DNA of 64,000 nt from Myxococcota bacterium (lineage in GTDB: Bacteria; Myxococcota_A; SURF-8): positions 2,208,001 to 2,272,000 of the forward strand of contig CAXXQS010000001.1 of NCBI GenBank assembly GCA_963674735.2. The letters run 5' to 3'. Below, piece after piece: positions 47,076 to 56,704 of the stretch (positions are counted from its first letter, which is position 1; the number at the start of each line of letters is the position of its first letter). Made by a program: the position numbers and the translations under genes. Under the pieces are notes generated by a model. It did no database searches and was not told the DNA's origin. It was given only the letters and a program-made list of their open reading frames with translations.

Positions 47076-48812
47076 TTAGTAAGACAGGACGCCTTCCGTC
47101 CTGAATCCACTGTTTATCGGCTCGGCGACAATGCGAAGTTGTTTGAAAAAGCTCAGCTTTCCCGCCACCTGTTGCTTCCAGATGTTATACTGCTGGTGCA
47201 ACTGGGTATTGGGAGAATCCGCAGGAGGCTTCAGATTCTCCATCGAACGGATCACGGTTGCGAAGTCCAAATGCAAAACCCCCATGCTGGAGTCATCTGC
47301 GACGACCGACAACCCGCGTGGGCCGGCCAAAGCGGCTTCGATCGCCCGATTTCCGATCCCCAACAGAAACAGATCGCCATGCAAACCGTACTCCATCGTC
47401 AAGCCATCAACGTTCACCCGCCGGTACGACACACCGCCGATAGAAAAAGTTTCGGGGGGTGTTCCCTTGCTGATGGCGGTTTTCTCCGACCGATCGAGCA
47501 CGGCTTGAGCCTTGGCCGAGTCACGTACACCAGCGGCGAAAACGAGTTTGGCCAAGTTGACCATCTGGGTCTCCGTCACCGTATTCGACTGGGCGACCTC
47601 GGCGGGAATGGGCGAAAGACCATAGTAGAGCACCGCCATTTCACCATTCAGGTTGTTCACCACATCGGCATCCAGATCAATGCCGCCGTCCGTCTGCAAC
47701 CGCTTTTTCCAGTCGACAAACGACTTCTCGATATCGGGCCGATTGCGCGTGAGAAAATCCTCGAAAGCCTTCAGATCGATCGCGCCATAAAGGTATCCGG
47801 CCACTTTTTTCGATAAATCCAGTTGGCCACGCTTGACACCCTTGTCACCTCTGAACATATTTTTGAATTCTCTAACTTTTTTCTTCGGTCCAACGAGCTC
47901 ATGAACAAAGGTGATTTTATCGGATTCGAGTGTCAGGGCGAAAATCTGTGCGTCAAACCCATCGGCGAAAGCCGACACTTCATCGAGCAACATCAGGGCC
48001 GACTGCTCGTCCGGCGTGGCGGCCTGATTCTTGAGTTCTTCCTTGATCTGGGCGGTCCCGCGTTTCAGGCTTTTCACATATTCATGGTAATTGCTGTAAC
48101 TGATCAGAGCCGGACATTTTTTCTGGTGTTTGAGCATGTTGGCCAAACCTCGGTCCGCAGCCAGGCTCTTCGATTTCACCAAGCCGACCGTGTTTTTCAA
48201 CGCACGCTTAAAGCTCTCTCGATCTCCGGGTTCAGCCATCAGATAAACCATATTGTTTTTAATGGCATACCCCAACCCCGGACGCGTGTTGACCGTGCCG
48301 TCCTGACTGAAGTAGCGTAACTTCATTTTTTCGAAACTCTCGTCGGGACACGGAACGAGCTGCCCCATCTGCATGGCAAGTGTCACCAACACCTTCTCCA
48401 CTGCTTCGGTATTTTTGGCTTTGACGATCACCAGCGGAGGGGCTTCATGCGTCAGGGAAAAGGCCGCCACACCAAAATCGAAATCGAAACCGGAGGCAAG
48501 CATATCGGCGGAATCGAAGGGATTGTAGCCCAACGCCCCTTTCATCGAAAGAATCACCTGATCGTAACGGAAAGAGGGATCGGTTTGGTGGTATTCTTTC
48601 AAAATAGAGTCGAAGGCGGTCAAACTGGCATCCACGTTGGTCGCCATAAAGGCAAACGAAGTGTTTTTCGGAATTTGCCGCGCCAATTTCAGATAGGCAT
48701 TGACTTCGCCCTCGTTCAAGCCGGCCAAAGCCGTCGAGCACAGACCGAACCAGATCGCCAAAATCCAAAAAACCTTTATTACACTCTTTGTCCGAGACGC
48801 ATACTCGCTCAT
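47076..48812 (-). CDS. Exported hypothetical protein (DUF3352-like)
   Basis: Signal peptide (..STALA), 578-aa ORF in the operon; family assignment tentative. Confidence 0.55.
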   Translation of the reverse strand: MSEYASRTKSVIKVFWILAIWFGLCSTALAGLNEGEVNAYLKLARQIPKNTSFAFMATNVDASLTAFDSILKEYHQTDPSFRYDQVILSMKGALGYNPFDSADMLASGFDFDFGVAAFSLTHEAPPLVIVKAKNTEAVEKVLVTLAMQMGQLVPCPDESFEKMKLRYFSQDGTVNTRPGLGYAIKNNMVYLMAEPGDRESFKRALKNTVGLVKSKSLAADRGLANMLKHQKKCPALISYSNYHEYVKSLKRGTAQIKEELKNQAATPDEQSALMLLDEVSAFADGFDAQIFALTLESDKITFVHELVGPKKKVREFKNMFRGDKGVKRGQLDLSKKVAGYLYGAIDLKAFEDFLTRNRPDIEKSFVDWKKRLQTDGGIDLDADVVNNLNGEMAVLYYGLSPIPAEVAQSNTVTETQMVNLAKLVFAAGVRDSAKAQAVLDRSEKTAISKGTPPETFSIGGVSYRRVNVDGLTMEYGLHGDLFLLGIGNRAIEAALAGPRGLSVVADDSSMGVLHLDFATVIRSMENLKPPADSPNTQLHQQYNIWKQQVAGKLSFFKQLRIVAEPINSGFRTEGVLSY

Positions 48813-48845
48813 CCGAAACTCCTGAATGTTATTCTCTTAGCGTAT

Positions 48846-50312
48846 TCACCGCTCACAATTTTTACCGAAACCGGCGAATTTCTTCATGAAAAGACGCTTG
48901 GCATCGCCTTTTAGCGGAACAGGCCGCACCGGCATACCCAAAACCTTCGTGGTGCGAACCGGCACCACATCATAACCAAGGATGCCCATTTTGTTTAAGG
49001 TGACCCAAAAGATCAAGCTTTCTTTCGCTTCCCCCGGTTTCCGATTGTCGGGCAGTAATCGGCCCACACTGAAAAGAGCCACGTGACTCCCCTGTTCATG
49101 AACACCTAAAACCCGGTCGCCCGCCGCTCCGACAACCAACACAGCCCCGGCGTCGAACATCGTCTGAACCATGTTTCGTTGCCAAGTGTCAATACAATCT
49201 CTCTGTCCATCCCCCCAATCGATCCAGACAACCAGCAGATCCGCATTGCGAACGATACGTTGAGCGGTCTGCGAAAGCTGCCGGAAATACGCGGAATCCG
49301 CAGGATTGCCCGGCTTGTCCTTCATGGCGCTTTCGGGTGGAGCCACCGCGAGCAATCCCAGCCGCAATCCCTTTACATCCACCACATCAGCCGCCACCAC
49401 TTCGGCCGAAAGTGAATTGAACAGCTCGATTCCCGCCTGTCGTTTCACCCGGGGCGGTACTGCCTGGTTTTCATTGGACGTTTCCAACATACCGCGAGTC
49501 GTTCGCCATACGCCATCGACGCCACGCCGATTGAGATCGCGCCGCCAGTCGCCCTTCACATCGGAAACGGGCATCAGCATCACATCCGCTTTGCGCCAGA
49601 TGGTCTCCAATTCGCTTAAGTCCAACCGAACCTGCGCGGAATCTTCGATCGGCTCATTCATGATGGACAGGTCGCGAAACGAAAGGCTTCCCCCGATACC
49701 AAGCAGCACCTCCGCTCCACCGGTCAATGCTTCTTCATCCGAAACGAGCTGACGTGGGCGATCACCTGAATCCGGTTTTGAATCGACCGTTTCACGCAGC
49801 GTGACAAACAGGGACGGCACCGTGCGTCCATCGCTAAACACATTGAGTGCATAGCGCAGATTGACACGTGCACGCGGCGTTTCCCAGGACAGATCCCAAA
49901 CATCCCGCCGGACGAAGGGTTCCCCGGCTGGCCGCAATTCTCCCCCTTGCCGCGATGGAGGACCGAACTGGCGGGTCAGATCGGCCAGAAGCCGATCGCG
50001 CAGCACGGTATCCGGTTTCTGGAAATCGTACTCCGCCTCATACAGCCGATTGGATTTGAAACTGAAATACAGGCGAGCCGGGTGATCGTGAACCTTCACT
50101 TGTTTCATGAAACGAGCGATGCGGGTCCGCTGGAACGCCGTCAATCCCGCCGGAGTCCGATTGAATCCCGGCATCAGCAACGAGACATCCTGAAAGCTCA
50201 ACCCCCACAATGGCAAAGGCTGCCGCGCCCAGACGGAGTCCTCCTGCGCTGCACCACCGAATGGCCACAGCAGACAACCCATGATCGAAATAACGATTAT
50301 CCACTTGCTCAT
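48846..50312 (-). CDS. Exported protein with degenerate CapA/PGA_cap (metallophosphoesterase-fold) domain
   Basis: Signal peptide; ADLLVVWIDWG, WQR....FDAGAVLVVG, FSVG, ESLI pattern parallels CapA. Confidence 0.55.
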   Translation of the reverse strand: MSKWIIVISIMGCLLWPFGGAAQEDSVWARQPLPLWGLSFQDVSLLMPGFNRTPAGLTAFQRTRIARFMKQVKVHDHPARLYFSFKSNRLYEAEYDFQKPDTVLRDRLLADLTRQFGPPSRQGGELRPAGEPFVRRDVWDLSWETPRARVNLRYALNVFSDGRTVPSLFVTLRETVDSKPDSGDRPRQLVSDEEALTGGAEVLLGIGGSLSFRDLSIMNEPIEDSAQVRLDLSELETIWRKADVMLMPVSDVKGDWRRDLNRRGVDGVWRTTRGMLETSNENQAVPPRVKRQAGIELFNSLSAEVVAADVVDVKGLRLGLLAVAPPESAMKDKPGNPADSAYFRQLSQTAQRIVRNADLLVVWIDWGDGQRDCIDTWQRNMVQTMFDAGAVLVVGAAGDRVLGVHEQGSHVALFSVGRLLPDNRKPGEAKESLIFWVTLNKMGILGYDVVPVRTTKVLGMPVRPVPLKGDAKRLFMKKFAGFGKNCER

Positions 50313-50396
50313 GTTTCATCTATTTGATAGATTTTCCCGACCCATCCGGCCTCAGCCGCAGCAGGGCTTTAATACCATACTTTGCCTCAGGATCAA

Positions 50397-52076
50397 ATGA
50401 CCGCAATGATTTTTCCAAACCACAGTTATCACGTCTTTGTGTTTCTCCTACTCCTTCTCTCTCTTGCAACACCGGCATGGAGCGAAAGTGTTCCTGCCGA
50501 TACAAACACCGATCACCTGCAAGAAATGTATTCCAACCGGCTCACCTTCGATGGAGAGGGAACCCCGCAAGTGGGAGTCGGCCTAGCCGTCGACCAACAG
50601 GAATTCAACTTCAGTTCAGATTCTTCCATGAATCTAACGATTTACAACAAAGAAGGCCGTGTTCTTCCCGTCATCACCAGCGGGCCGGTCACGGTCCGAT
50701 TGCTCGACGCGAAACCAGCCCAGACACGCGCACACGTGGTGGTGGAAAGCATCGAAGCTCGGGATCGCAGTAATCTAAGCCCGCGCATCACCGATTGGAA
50801 ACAACGTGGGCTCGATCTGATGGTCCACCGCATCGGCTCGGTCATTTCCTTGAACGGCGACATCATCAGCAATGTCCGCTACTTGCTGACGGCCGGAGCA
50901 TTCACCAGCAACGAGACTGCTCGTGCACGTCAACGCGAACTGACGAAACGCTACGGGCTCAAAAGCCATCTTTTCCACGAAATGACCGCTCCCCCCAGCG
51001 GACATCTGCAGATTCTGGTGGAAGGAAACGTTCTGGCGGAATCGAGTGGGATGGTCAAATTGCTGTCCTGCGATGATAAACCGATAACCGCAGTCGATAC
51101 CGCCTTCGACGAAGGATTCGGAAAAACCAAACGCGAGAGCCGCTCTTTCGCCGGGATGTTGTACGTGGTGATCGGCCGCAACGGAACTTTGACATTGGGC
51201 AATTGGCTGGGGCTCGACGACATCCTGCGAGGCACCGTCCCCGCCGAAATCTTCCCTTCCGCCCCCATGGAGGCCTTGAAAGCCCAGGCCATCGCCGCAC
51301 GGGGACATCTTCTGGCGAAGCTCGGCACCCGTCATTTGGCCGATCCCTTTCATCTCTGCGCCAGTCAACATTGCCAGGTGTACAAAGGCGTCGATAGCCA
51401 CCATGTACGTACCGACGATGCCATCTGGCAAACACGCGGCCAGTTTCTGATGGCGCAAGGGAAATTGGTCGATACCGTCTACAGCGCCAACAGCGGCGGA
51501 CACACCGAAAACAACGAAAACGTCTGGTTTCAGGTGGTCGATCCCAATCTACGCGGCCGATTCGACGGTCCACCCAATCCGCTTTATAGCGGCGGAATCA
51601 CTTCAAGCAACCTTGATGCCTTTCTCGATCATCCCCCCGTGACCTATGCCTCGAAATCCGGTTATGGAAACGGACATCACCGCTGGACTCGCACGATTGA
51701 TGCCGCCACACTGACCCAAAAACTCGACGCCAAACAGTCGGTGGGGCGAATCCAGGCGTTGGTTCCTCTTCGGCGCGGCGTATCGGGCCGCATCATCGAC
51801 CTGAAAATTCAAGGCGATAAAGGCGAAACCATCCTCACCGGCGAGCTGAAAATCCGCCGTCTTCTCGGCAATCTACCCTCAGCGCTGATTCGCATCGGCT
51901 CCGAGCCGCTCGCGGCCCCCTACCCGGAACGTTTCGTCATTAAAGGAGCGGGCTTCGGTCATGGGGCGGGCATGTGTCAGACCGGCGCGATCGGACGTGC
52001 CAAAGCCGGTCAAACAGCCGCACAAATCCTCAGCGCCTACTACGGAAAAGCGGCGAGCATAAAATTGCTTTATTGA
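50397..52076 (+). CDS. SpoIID/LytB domain protein with SPOR-like region
   Basis: LRGTVPAE..EALKAQAIAAR, CQVYKG, YSANSGGHTEN, GFGHGAGMCQTGA. Confidence 0.88.
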   Translation: MTAMIFPNHSYHVFVFLLLLLSLATPAWSESVPADTNTDHLQEMYSNRLTFDGEGTPQVGVGLAVDQQEFNFSSDSSMNLTIYNKEGRVLPVITSGPVTVRLLDAKPAQTRAHVVVESIEARDRSNLSPRITDWKQRGLDLMVHRIGSVISLNGDIISNVRYLLTAGAFTSNETARARQRELTKRYGLKSHLFHEMTAPPSGHLQILVEGNVLAESSGMVKLLSCDDKPITAVDTAFDEGFGKTKRESRSFAGMLYVVIGRNGTLTLGNWLGLDDILRGTVPAEIFPSAPMEALKAQAIAARGHLLAKLGTRHLADPFHLCASQHCQVYKGVDSHHVRTDDAIWQTRGQFLMAQGKLVDTVYSANSGGHTENNENVWFQVVDPNLRGRFDGPPNPLYSGGITSSNLDAFLDHPPVTYASKSGYGNGHHRWTRTIDAATLTQKLDAKQSVGRIQALVPLRRGVSGRIIDLKIQGDKGETILTGELKIRRLLGNLPSALIRIGSEPLAAPYPERFVIKGAGFGHGAGMCQTGAIGRAKAGQTAAQILSAYYGKAASIKLLY

Positions 52077-52121
52077 TTTTGAGAATACTTAGTCGATCAT
52101 CGGCAGCGACGGAACCGACGT

Positions 52122-52727
52122 TTAGAAGTAGTAGTGGAAGCCCAAACCACCGAGGAAGTTGTCCCCGCTGATACCGGCGGCAAAACCGTTCTGCAAACGC
52201 ATGGTCAAACCGAATTCCGCAACAAAAGCGAAGTTCTCTGTTAAGAATACTTCCGGCGTGAAACCGGCGGAAACGGCGAAACCGAGATTGGAATTGTAAG
52301 CGCCTTCCGGGCGTCGCAAGGTGGTGCTTTCCTTGCGCATATGCAGATTGAGGAAAACGCCCATATTGGCGTCCTCGCCTTTGGCGAAGTTGTAGATACC
52401 CTTGACATCCAACGCGAAGGCCCAAAATCCCTGGTCATCGTCGTACACGCCCTCGGTGGCCGAATCGCTGGCATAAGCCACACCCAGCACCCCGGCAATT
52501 CCCCAGTCGTTGGTGATCCAATATTTGAACGACATCCCGAATTTGGGTGCATTCATGGAATTCGGTGTGGAGGGTATGTCCCCAATCCCCAAAGTGGCTG
52601 CGGTCAAGGTATTGTCGAGCCCCAACCCGAAACGTCCCGCCACGTCTTTGGCTTCCGCCGACGCTCCGAGCAACAACACCGAAACAAATACGACCGATAA
52701 GGCAAGCTGTTGAAACCGTTTCACCAT
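52122..52727 (-). CDS. Small outer-membrane beta-barrel protein
   Basis: Signal peptide, alternating beta-strand pattern, C-terminal GFHYYF. Confidence 0.75.
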   Translation of the reverse strand: MVKRFQQLALSVVFVSVLLLGASAEAKDVAGRFGLGLDNTLTAATLGIGDIPSTPNSMNAPKFGMSFKYWITNDWGIAGVLGVAYASDSATEGVYDDDQGFWAFALDVKGIYNFAKGEDANMGVFLNLHMRKESTTLRRPEGAYNSNLGFAVSAGFTPEVFLTENFAFVAEFGLTMRLQNGFAAGISGDNFLGGLGFHYYF

Positions 52728-52862
52728 TTTGACCTCAGACATCAAGAATCGACATTTCCTATTCGGAGGCGGACTATAGCCCAGAGCCGGAGGGAAGTAA
52801 AGCCTTTTCATCCGACTTCAAAATCCGCGGAATCCGGTTCAAATCACCGCAAAACAGCCGCA

Positions 52863-54815
52863 TCACACGCTGTTTTCGACTTCGTCATCTTCCAATCGTG
52901 GTAAACCGATACAAAAATGGGCACCCGCCTCGTCATCCGCAACGAAAACCAAACGCCCGCCCATCTGCATCACCGCTTGCTGCGACGTGGCCAGTCCCAA
53001 CCCGGTTCCCTGAGACTTGGTCGAGAAAAACGGCTCGAAGATTTTCTGGCGCAGATCGGCCGAAACACCCGGTCCGTTATCGAAAACATGAATTTCGCAT
53101 TCGTCTCCAGCGATTGACGTGCGCAAATCGATACGTCCCCCGCTCGGAGTGGCATCGATGGCATTCTTGATCAGGTTATGGATAACCCGCACGATCTGGT
53201 TTTCATCGACCCGCACCCGTACGGGTCGCTCCTCCAATTCCACATTGCAGGAAAGAGAGCGCTTTTCCATCTCCGCTCGGTAAAACTCGACCAAATGTTG
53301 CACCACGCGGTTGAGGTCCAGAACCTCCGGTTTAGCTTCCGGCATACGGGCGAATTTCAGGTAGTTTTCGGTAATCGAGTGCAGTCGGTCTATTTCGCGG
53401 CTGATAGATGACAACATCGGCCGTAATTCGGCGGGATCGGAAGTGGCCACACTCAATTCATCTTCCAACATCTCGGCATTGAGGGAAATCGAGGAAAGCG
53501 GGTTACGGATTTCGTGCGCAATCTTGGCCGACACGCGCCCGATGGCCGCCATCCGCTCCGACTGCAACAGACTCTCGCGCATGCGCAGTTCATCCGTTAC
53601 ATCTTCTCCGAGAATCAACAAACCACGGACTTCGTTCTCCTCGATGAATGGAACGACACTGAACGTGACGCTTCGTAGTTGTTCATCCGAACGCCGCACT
53701 TTCAGAGCTTCACGTACAACGGTCACTTTCTGTTCGAGAACCCGTCCAAAGGGAATTGCATCGCCCAAACGGGCTTCGGCCAAGGGCAAATCCGCAACCG
53801 GCTCCCCGATCATGTGCTCGACGGCCTCACCCCACAGACGAGCGGCCGCCGGGTTGAGCGTCGTCAGCCGCTGGTGAACATCCGCCACCAGAACCGGCAT
53901 CTCCAAGTTGCGGATAATATTCTCGTAATGCAGTTTCAGCGTCCCCAGTTCCACATTCGACACTTCCAGTTTGCGCGTCTGTTCGGTCAACGCGCGATCA
54001 CGCTGGATCAGCGAGCGCCGCATTTTCTCGAATTCTCCGGCAAGCTGGCCCAATTCATCGCTGGATGTCACGGTGAGCCCGTATCGGTACTCTCCTTCAC
54101 CGATCCGTTGAGCGGCCTCGGTGAGCCGCCTGAGCGGTTTCAGCAGAAAGGCCGAGACTATGGTGAGCATGATAGCGGCGATGAGTGCTGCGATAGACAA
54201 CAAGATACCCGCCCACGAGGCCCGATCGCCCTGAGCCTCGGCACGCTTGACGATACGGCTGATTTCATTATCCATTTTCATGGTCAACACTTTTGCCGCA
54301 CGTTCCAGCTTGACCTGCAAGTGCTTATGCTCGTTCAATTCTTTGTGGGCCGTATTGACCTCGGAGGTATTCAACTTTTCGAAAAGTGCGGAAACAGCAG
54401 CCTGATACTGCTTTTGAAGGTCTCCAAGTGCCACGAGTTGCTGGCGCATGTCCCCATAAAAAGCCTGGGTTTGCTCGTCCTGTGTCACGAGGAGCATTTT
54501 CTTGCAATGAGCCACGCCCTGGGCGATATTTTGTCGGACAAGTCTTGGAAAATACTGGGAAACAAAGGTCGCCATCGCGTTTCGAATAGAAGCTTCTTCC
54601 ACCTCCACCAGTCGATTGATGTCCGTTTGCTGATTTTTCAGAGCCGAATCGGTTTGCGCGATGATTTTTGAAAACGGTAAGTATCCGATATTCAAGTCAT
54701 AAAACGCACGAGTGCTGGTTGAAAGATGGCGGATCTGGTAATAGCTCACCCCGGCGAATATCGCAATCACCAAGGCAAAAAGGAGGACGATTTTCGTCAG
54801 AATCGAGACCCGCAT
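52863..54815 (-). CDS. Sensor histidine kinase (TM-HAMP-PAS-HisKA-HATPase)
   Basis: DELGQLA HAMP; AHEIRNPL; NLIKNA, DNGPG, FEPFFSTK..GTGLGL. Confidence 0.92.
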   Translation of the reverse strand: MRVSILTKIVLLFALVIAIFAGVSYYQIRHLSTSTRAFYDLNIGYLPFSKIIAQTDSALKNQQTDINRLVEVEEASIRNAMATFVSQYFPRLVRQNIAQGVAHCKKMLLVTQDEQTQAFYGDMRQQLVALGDLQKQYQAAVSALFEKLNTSEVNTAHKELNEHKHLQVKLERAAKVLTMKMDNEISRIVKRAEAQGDRASWAGILLSIAALIAAIMLTIVSAFLLKPLRRLTEAAQRIGEGEYRYGLTVTSSDELGQLAGEFEKMRRSLIQRDRALTEQTRKLEVSNVELGTLKLHYENIIRNLEMPVLVADVHQRLTTLNPAAARLWGEAVEHMIGEPVADLPLAEARLGDAIPFGRVLEQKVTVVREALKVRRSDEQLRSVTFSVVPFIEENEVRGLLILGEDVTDELRMRESLLQSERMAAIGRVSAKIAHEIRNPLSSISLNAEMLEDELSVATSDPAELRPMLSSISREIDRLHSITENYLKFARMPEAKPEVLDLNRVVQHLVEFYRAEMEKRSLSCNVELEERPVRVRVDENQIVRVIHNLIKNAIDATPSGGRIDLRTSIAGDECEIHVFDNGPGVSADLRQKIFEPFFSTKSQGTGLGLATSQQAVMQMGGRLVFVADDEAGAHFCIGLPRLEDDEVENSV

Positions 54816-55107
54816 ATAGCTTCCTGTCGTCTGAATTCGGAATCGCAGGAACATTAGCAAAACCCACGCCGATTGGCAAGCATTGAGCGAAAGTCCGAAA
54901 GCAACTGTATCCTTTAGCGAAACGGAAAATAAATTGACTCGTTACGGCATTTATGATAGTTTCCAGGCTTGATTTTCACCATCGCCTCGGAACACCCGAA
55001 GTGCTTGAAGAAATTAGAGATTTTCGAAGCCACAGCCCTCGCATACCTAGTGGTTCGGTTTGGGTGACGTCCTTGATCGAGATGTCTTGGATCAGGAGAA
55101 AGTAAGA

Positions 55108-56652
55108 ATGAAATCGATTCGAACGTGTGGGATTGGTACCCGAGTTTTAGTGTATGCCCTGGTGATTTCCGTCACGCTGCTTTACATGCCCGTGGCCGAG
55201 CTTTCCATGGCGCATGCCGCGAAAAGCAAACCAAGCGTGTATGTCTTCAGTTTCACGCCTGATGGAGACAAAACGCCTCTTGCTTTGCTGGGCATGACCG
55301 AAACGCAGCTCAAGAGCGGTTTCAAGAAAGAGAGCCGCATCACCTACATCAGCCCCAAGCAGGCGCGCGCCAAACTCAAAACGAGCAAAAAGCGCAAGCC
55401 GGCGACCAAAGGCATCGAGGGTGACGCGAAATACGCCAAGCGCGTTGCGAAATATGTCGACCGCGCCAAAGAGGCATACACCGACGAAGATTTCGACGGC
55501 ATGATGAAATATGCCAGCCGTGCTGTGAAGTACGCGAAGCGCTCCCCCAATCATCTGGACGGATTCGACATCGTGAAGGATGCCTACACCTATCTGGCGG
55601 CAGCCGAAGTCGAAACCGAAGGCGACCCGAATCCGGCGTTACTCAACGTGCTGGCCTTCGATCCCGATTTTTCTCCGAAAGGTGAGTTGCGCTACTCCTT
55701 GAAACGCGCCCTGCGACAGGCTAAAAAAGCTTCCCGCAGTGGATCACTGGCAATCAAAGCCGACCCCAAAGACGCGAAAATCCTGGTGAATGGTAAAAGC
55801 TACACCGGCCAAGCCGATCTCGGCAGCCTCTACGCAGGCTCCTATTTCGTTCGCGTCGAAGCTGCCGGTTTCGAGACCTACGACAACGTGGTCAAGATCG
55901 ATCGCGGTAGCGAAAGCCTGGAAGTCGTATTGGGTAGCAAGGGCGGTCAGGCTCCCGCCGAAGACGACGGCGTGGACAAGATGGCCGTCTACAAAAACCT
56001 GAACAAAAAGGCACGTAAGGGCGACTTCGATGAGAAGTGGTACCGAGACGCCGCCAAATTCGGTAAATGGATCAAAGCCGATTACTTGGTTCTGGCCGGT
56101 TTCCAAAGCCGCAAACGCTCATCGCGCCTCTACCCGGTGGTCTTCAATGTGCGCTCCGGCGAAATGGGGGAGATCGAACCGGTCCGCATGGGCAACGACC
56201 TGGATGACGCCGAAGATAAAATGGGTGTCGCCTTTGCCGACACCCGAGACGCCATCCTGGGTGATTTCCCCGAGGAAACCCTCGCTCCGGGATTCATTTT
56301 CGGTGCCGCCGCAGTTGCCGCAGCCCCCGCTCCGGCCCCCGAGCCCGTGTACGAGCCGGAGCCGGAACCCGAGCCTGAACCCGAACTTTTCGTCGCCCCG
56401 GTGACGCCCGTTTCCGAAACCCTCGACCTGGATGTGGATGACAGCATTTACTTCTCGGAAGAAGATGAGACAATGGGGCAAGAAGACGCCGAAGGTGAAG
56501 AATCCTTCGAACCGGTCGAAAAAACACCGTTCTACAAGCAATGGTGGTTCTGGACCGCAATCGGTGTCGTCGTTGTTGGCGGCGCTGTTGGAACGGCGAT
56601 CGCGCTTCAGCCGGAAGACAAAGATCGACCCTCGCGGCTCGAACTTCCGTAG
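55108..56652 (+). CDS. PEGA-domain membrane-anchored protein
   Basis: GSLAIKADPKDAKILVNG..GSYFVRVEAAGF; PE-rich linker; C-terminal PFYKQWWFW plus TM. Confidence 0.8.
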   Translation: MKSIRTCGIGTRVLVYALVISVTLLYMPVAELSMAHAAKSKPSVYVFSFTPDGDKTPLALLGMTETQLKSGFKKESRITYISPKQARAKLKTSKKRKPATKGIEGDAKYAKRVAKYVDRAKEAYTDEDFDGMMKYASRAVKYAKRSPNHLDGFDIVKDAYTYLAAAEVETEGDPNPALLNVLAFDPDFSPKGELRYSLKRALRQAKKASRSGSLAIKADPKDAKILVNGKSYTGQADLGSLYAGSYFVRVEAAGFETYDNVVKIDRGSESLEVVLGSKGGQAPAEDDGVDKMAVYKNLNKKARKGDFDEKWYRDAAKFGKWIKADYLVLAGFQSRKRSSRLYPVVFNVRSGEMGEIEPVRMGNDLDDAEDKMGVAFADTRDAILGDFPEETLAPGFIFGAAAVAAAPAPAPEPVYEPEPEPEPEPELFVAPVTPVSETLDLDVDDSIYFSEEDETMGQEDAEGEESFEPVEKTPFYKQWWFWTAIGVVVVGGAVGTAIALQPEDKDRPSRLELP

Positions 56653-56704
56653 TAACCGCGTGCAGAAATAATTTACTCCGATGGACTGCAAGGAGAGAAG
56701 TCAG

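Noticed and set aside
56320-56385. CCGGAG/CCCGAG short tandem repeats
   Set aside because: Encodes a Pro-Glu linker within the PEGA protein; not a CRISPR or mobile repeat
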